A stretch of DNA of 64,000 nt from Octopus sinensis. Taxonomy: Eukaryota. The position numbers were made by a program, and so were the translations under genes. Each line of letters starts with the position of its first letter. Positions within the stretch are counted from its first letter, which is position 1. The notes below the pieces were generated by a model. The model was not told where the DNA came from. It saw only the letters and a list, made by a program, of their open reading frames with translations, and ran no database searches. The stretch is taken from positions 202,368,001 through 202,432,000 of the forward strand of contig NC_042998.1 in NCBI RefSeq assembly GCF_006345805.1, given 5' to 3'. Positions 57,770 through 64,000 of the stretch are shown piece after piece.

Positions 57770-59114
57770 TATGTGTTTCACCTATGTTCAGGCTTTGCAA
57801 CTTTTGGACCATAGCTTGAGGAGTGTGAGGACGTGTACTGTCGTAGATCAAATTTGGCCCATCTTTATTTACTAGTCTGGATTGCTTCTTATTCAAATTC
57901 ACATGTATATTTGTTACACAAATACTAGTACTAGAACTGGGCGCCACTGCATAGTGCCAATGACTCCAAATTTGCCATCAAGATGTAGGACAAGATACTG
58001 TGATAGCCTGGGCTTCAGAGATCCACAGCTCTTCAATATCCTCCCGAAGGACCTGAGAGATCTGCATGGGGTGGATGCAGATGTCTTTAAAATAAAACTG
58101 GATCTCTTCCTGTCAGGTGTCCCAGATGAACCAATATCCCGGCAGGAGGTGCAGATGAGGGCAGCTGCATCGAACTCTCTCATGCACCAAATGGCAATTG
58201 CTAAAAAGCATTCGTGAAGTAAAATCATGTAGCAACACCAAATGGCGGTGCCCCAGCATGACTACAGCTCGTGAGCTGAAACTAGATAAAATAAAATTAA
58301 AAAATTAAAAATTTAAAAAATGGAATCAATTTCCTGGCAATACGAAGTTTCTCATACCGTCTTTCCTTGTTGCAAATATGAATAATGGATAACTCCCTTT
58401 GCAGACCACCATACAGTGGCCACTAACTTTTTAGGTTGCAATGGTTAGTTTGGACAGTATTTATGTGACTCTCCTGCATTTAATCGATCACTATCCTGGT
58501 ATCTTACTGTTGTCACAGAGTATGCATTTCTCATCACAATTAATGATTTGATGCATAAATGGTCTTTTTCCAGTCGAGAAAGCAATAAGGAGCACACTTC
58601 GATGCGTCTGCTTTTTGAATCTCGTTCAGTTGATGTGGAACAATCCTATCCGTTTTCTTGATCTTTCCATATTTTAGAGGTATCCAAAAGCAGTTGTGTG
58701 AGATGTTTGGCGTTCTGATGAAAGATCTCGAACCTTTGTTCTCGGATTTTGTTCAACCAAAGCATTTAATCCATCATGCCAAATAACTCATTTTGGCCTA
58801 CCCCTTGGTTTATTTTCAAGGCTATCATCTCCTGAACGAGAGCTTTGGGACCATCTCTGAGCTGTTCTGGTGTCAACAAAACCATTACTAAAGGTCCGCT
58901 TGACATTTCGTAGAGCTTCTGCGGCAGTTTGTACTCATATGAGAACATCACTCAACATAGTTTGGTTGTTATTATTATTATAAGATTTGTGGGTACGAAT
59001 TTTGTATACCAATAGTGATGAGAAAGAAAATGTGAGGTATACATAATTGGGTTTTTAAATGACTGAAATAACAAGTAATAAAAAAAACGTGACATTTCAT
59101 GTGAAACAACCTAA
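57770..59114 (-). mobile_element. Degraded mariner transposon (5' TIR present, 3' end missing), interrupted by a LINE fragment
   Basis: TAAEALRNVKRTF, IVPHQL, CDEKCILCDN, TVWWSAKGVIHY, YCQEID then RLVNKDGPNLIYDSTRPH; TIR TTAGGTTGTTTCACATGAAATGTCAC with TA at 59115-59116. Confidence 0.85.
57908..58320 (+). mobile_element. CR1/Jockey-group LINE 3' fragment with A-rich tail
   Basis: RTGRHCIVP...QLFNILPKDLR...FKIKLDLFLSGVPDEP...RAAASNSL*; tail (TAAAA)n. Confidence 0.82.
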
Positions 59115-59413
59115 TACTTTGCCCCGGAAAAGTTTTGAAGGGGAAACAGTTATTTCTTCTCAGTCACAAGCTCATAATCACCATCCATCGAATAACACCT
59201 TTTATAAGACTCTATGCTTCGAATTACCAATTACAAGCAACATTGGGACCCAACACACATGTTACAGGAAACATATACACAGCGTTCTGCTCAAATAATG
59301 GAACTGTGGATACAATATCCTTACATATCTCACTTCTATATTTCCTTCCCCCACTTCACTCTGTATTTCATATCTTCTCTATAATACCTATTGCTTAAAA
59401 ATTTTCTCGCACC

Positions 59414-59461
59414 GTCTCTGATGAAGGAATATATAAAATATCCCGGAAACAGCTGTAAGAC
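59414..59461 (+). ncRNA. Minimal type I hammerhead ribozyme candidate
   Basis: GTCT-CTGATGA-AGGAATAT(ATAAA)ATATCCCG-GAAAC-AGCT-GTA-AGAC: intact core, helix I GTCT/AGAC, palindromic helix III CAGCTG, imperfect helix II. Confidence 0.55.
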
Positions 59462-59738
59462 CTTCTCGTTATAAATGCTCTGAAACCTTTCATAGCCTTG
59501 GATTTTTTAATCTCATTCTGTACATTTTTTATATATATGCATGCTAATATATGACCTACGTTGGACTCCTTATTCGTATAATCATGGAACTTAAAGCTTA
59601 ATTATAGTCTGTCCATAGCACTAACTCAGAATTACCTGAAACCTTTGGGTCTTTTTGACGCCATTACATCTCATTACCTATACATACATAATTAGAAACA
59701 CACACACACTCACATATATATATGTATATATATATATG

Positions 59739-59785
<47 letters not shown>

Positions 59786-59842
59786 TATATATGTATATCC
59801 ATATGTTTGTGTATATAAATATATATATATATCCATGTATAC

Positions 59843-59933
<91 letters not shown>

Positions 59934-60059
59934 ATATATATTATATATATATATGTATATATATATATACATATATATATATACATATATATATATATAC
60001 ATATATATAAATAACTTATAAACAAGGGCACTTTGTGATGATACTCCTCAGTATAATTT

Positions 60060-61320
60060 TGGAAGTAGTCAAGTTTGTATATTAAGTTGTGGTCTACTTT
60101 CTACTCTGTACATTCTACTCTGTCTAAAAAATGTTTGTTGTAATTAGGTTGTAAGGGGTTCTCTGTGTTAGGGTTGTTATTTTGAGAGTATTGTTGTGTA
60201 GGCGAATTGGTTGGGAATATGTGGTGTGGGTGTTTATGTCGGAATGAGTTGTGGGGGTGTTTGGTCCTGCATAGGGCGCTGTGAAGTTGTACTTTTTGTC
60301 AGGGTGAGAGAGCTGAAGTTCCGAAAGTTGAATTCCTATGTTGAGGAGTAGGTAGGATCCCCTCTCTGTTTCTAGTTGGAGGGAAACAATTGAAATAATA
60401 ATTATTGTTATTGTTATTCTTAGTCATGGGGTGTTTCTTACTGGTATTTCCTATTAATGAAGGGGATCCTATTGTAAGTTTGGTGGTGGCTGATTTCCCA
60501 ATGGTGGGGTAGTTTTTTCTGTCTGTGTTGGGAGTTTGATCTGTGTGTACGATTATTGGTTTCTGTGGATGTATTTGTTTTGGATTTTTTTTAAAAAGGG
60601 GTTGTCTGGGGCACAGATTATTTGAATTGAAGTTCGTGAAATGGTTTCTTCCCATTCACAGTCGTCTTTCCATGGTTTAATAACATTTTTTAAAAGTTAT
60701 TCAATGGTATCTATCATGAGTTCTGTGATCATCTCGTCATCGATCGTTTTATATATTTGTTCATGATTCTTAACTCTGAGTTTAAGTCATTTAATTTCTG
60801 TTCTCATTTTTTTCTAGTGTTAGTTTCTCTTTGAGTGTTCGTTGTTGTTATGGTTCATCTGGGATGAGTTTGATCTGGAGTTTGCGTGGCAAGATTAACG
60901 GTGTTGAGTTGATCCATGTTTTATATATTTGTGCCTTATCGTTATTTTTTTACCATGTTCCAGAATGAGAGTTTCTGGTATTGAGGTTTTGAGATCAAGT
61001 GTGACCAATGCGGTTTTTAATTAGGCGTGCTGAAATTTGTGTTTTTTTTCATTTGGGGTGGGGGATTTTTGTAGTGTATCTCTATTATGGTATTGCGTGT
61101 GAAAATATTGGTAAAAACTTCGCTTAATATAGTGCATGGTTCACTTAGATTTTAACTGGCCTTCTATGTAGATTGCTTTCTTTGAAAGTTTTCTAAGTCT
61201 TCTCGGGTTCGGTGGTATAGTCCATCGATTTTGTTGGTTAGAGTGACAAAATTTGTGTTGATTTCTTTTAATTCCTTAAGGATGTCCTCCTTGGTAATTT
61301 TATGCCCTTCCGAAAAATGA
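60060..61320 (-). mobile_element. Possible degraded LINE ORF1-like region
   Basis: Coiled-coil-like KITKEDILKELKEINTNFVTLTNKIDGL followed by P/Q/N-rich sequence; no diagnostic motif. Confidence 0.25.
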
Positions 61321-61551
61321 TTGATTTAACATAAAACTACATACACACACAAGCACAAAAAGGCACATATACTACGCACGAACACATAAATACACGTATA
61401 ACACATATATATGCATATATTATATTATATCCCATATGTATATATATATATAATATATATATAATATACATATGTATATATATACATACATATATATATA
61501 TATATACATATATATACATATATATATATACATATAATATAAACATATATA

Positions 61552-61587
<36 letters not shown>

Positions 61588-61638
61588 GATATAATATATA
61601 TATATATAATATATTATAGATATATATATATATATTAT

Positions 61639-61670
<32 letters not shown>

Positions 61671-62140
61671 TGGCAGCAGTATCAGTGCCAGGCTGTTTTT
61701 TGATTAGTTAAAATGTTCGTGACAATTTTCAATTTGGAATCTGAATTCTCTGCAGTTACTGTAAAGAGAATATTCGCTCTTATAATAAAAATGTGTAAAA
61801 ATAACACACACCATAACACTCCTTATCGGTTTCAAGGACGTATTTGTTGATCTTTAGCTTTTTATAAATGGGAAATGCCGAATGGAGGCAAATCTAGACA
61901 GACTTAATTAAAGCGTAGCTTAAAGTAAACCACACACAACAACATCGAATTAGTTGCGTCGTTAGACCGCATGACCGAAAAACGTTGCAACATTATCCAT
62001 ACCAAGCAATGTTTAAATTGATCCAGTTGACATAAGGTCTCAAGAAACCATCTTGGTTTCCTTCCTATGTTCGATTTCCAAAAGCATCGCTTGTCCAGCG
62101 ATGTTGGGGGGACAACACAGACACACAAACACACACACAA

Positions 62141-62169
<29 letters not shown>

Positions 62170-62171
<2 letters not shown>

Positions 62172-62290
62172 CGACGGGCTTCTTTCAGTTTCCGTCTACC
62201 AAATCCACTCACAAGGTGCCACGCAGTGGGACTGAACCCAAAACCATGTGGTTCGTAAGCAAGCTACTTACCACACATCCACTCCTCCTA
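62170..62290 (-). mobile_element. tRNA-type SINE family B (internally deleted)
   Basis: GTGTGGTAAGTAGCTTGCTTACGAACCACATGGTTTTGGGTTCAGTCCCACTGCGTGGCAC. Confidence 0.7.
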
Positions 62291-63006
62291 TATATATATA
62301 CGTGTGTACATGTATGTTTGCATTTATGTATGTATGTAAGTATGTATGTATGTACGTCTGTATATACGATCGTATATACAAACGTTTGACAAACGTTTCG
62401 CAGTTTTATAAAGTGTTTTGCAAAGAGATCAGTGAGAGGATGCAATTAAAGTGAAAAGAAGCGGGTTAAAAATGTCAATGTATAAATGACTGAAAGCTAT
62501 TATATATACGAATGTATATATGTGTGTATATATATATCTAAACGAGTATGTGTGTTTATACGTATATCTGTATGTAAATACGTATGAATGTATATATACA
62601 TACATATTACATATACTCGCAAATACTTATATACATGAATACAAAGAGAGTGAGTGTGGGTGGAGGAGTGATGGAGGGATAACATCAGTGAGAAGCAATT
62701 CTAGCTTATGTATAATTTTCCATCTAGAAAGTTATTGCTGTATTAAATGACAATGCAATATTTTATGGCATTTCTTCAACCTCGTGATCGCAATATCTTT
62801 ATTAAGTTCTAATGGCCTTTCTATGTCTCTCCATTGGTTTCTGAATTTGCGAGTTGATCTCTATGTTCAGCTGCCTTTATATATATTTGTCCGTTTGAAT
62901 GTCTGTTATTAGTTTATTTGTCAACCTATATGTGATTTCTATATATCACCCTTAGCACCAAAACTAGCGAAAGCTATATATCAAGCAATTTGTCAGAAGT
63001 TATATA

Positions 63007-63046
<40 letters not shown>

Positions 63047-63429
63047 ATTCATCTATAACATTATCTAGATATCTATCGATCAACATATTTTCGCTTTTAT
63101 TTTCTTACATCTATATAGCTATTTCAATATGTATGACTATCTCTGCTGACATATTCATTATTTTTACTGACGTAGATTGCCGTTATGTCGGGGTAGCAGA
63201 TACTTGGGTCAAATAGACGTACGCACCGACCTCCTAACTTATGTTAGTATGGTACTGAATTTGTATTTTTTTATGTGTTACAAAGTTATTGAACAGAATC
63301 AACACTGGTTCTTTGCTTTGCGTAAACATAAACACACAGAAGGACAGTCACATAGCTATATAGAGACAAAGAGAGAAAAATGTACACGAGCACTTACACA
63401 TGCATGTGTGTGTTTGTGGGTTTGTGTGT

Positions 63430-63465
<36 letters not shown>

Positions 63466-63657
63466 GTGTGTGTGCATAAAGGGTATTTACATTTTTCCCC
63501 TTCAAAAATTGTCAATAATAAGGTATGTGTCAACAGAGGCTATGATAAATAGCTTCTAAGACGACTTCTAAACAGGAATGTATTCATATTATACATGTAT
63601 ATACATACACATGTGTGTGTGTATGTGTGTGTGTATTATTATTATTATTATTATTAT

Positions 63658-63697
<40 letters not shown>

Positions 63698-63698
<1 letters not shown>

Positions 63699-63826
63699 TT
63701 ATCATTACATTAAGGACTATTACTTTTAGATTTTATCCTTATATTTAATTTATATATATATATTATATATATAAATTAAATATAAGGATAAAATCTAAAA
63801 GTAATAGTCCGTAATGTAATGATAAT
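63698..63826. repeat. Fold-back with ~63 bp arms around a TA-rich centre
   Basis: ATTATCATTACATTAAGGACTATTACTTTTAGATTTTATCCTTATATTTAATT is inverted with one mismatch. Confidence 0.9.
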
Positions 63827-63901
63827 AATAAGAAGAAGAAGAAGAAGAACTATAATAATAATAATAACACACACACACACATGCACACACACACTCACAC
63901 A

Positions 63902-63986
<85 letters not shown>

Positions 63987-64000
63987 TAGAAAAAGCCACC

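Overview
Eukaryotic, AT-rich, microsatellite-dense DNA made almost entirely of transposable-element debris. The repeat families resemble those I recall from octopus genomes (inference, not a database result). No confident host gene; one weak candidate exon lies at 47.9-48.0 kb. Recognisable content: three head-to-tail Tx1/L1-clade LINE copies, each bounded by (GATA)n/(TCTA)n arrays (32.8-41.0 kb); R4/Dong-like REL-endonuclease retrotransposons embedded in (TAA)n arrays (11.4-15.5 kb) plus a fragment at 43.9-44.8 kb; a CR1/Jockey-group LINE with CCCH-like fingers in ORF1 (22.4-24.9 kb); Penelope-like RT and GIY-YIG fragments; two minimal hammerhead-ribozyme candidates; a Helitron PIF1 helicase remnant and two non-autonomous Helitron-like copies; a mariner with a nested LINE; an internally deleted Tc1/mariner with intact TIRs; a MITE; several tRNA-type SINEs; and four long fold-back palindromes. 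Most ORFs in the supplied track are translations of microsatellites. Boundaries were read by eye and may be off by a few to tens of bases for degraded elements.
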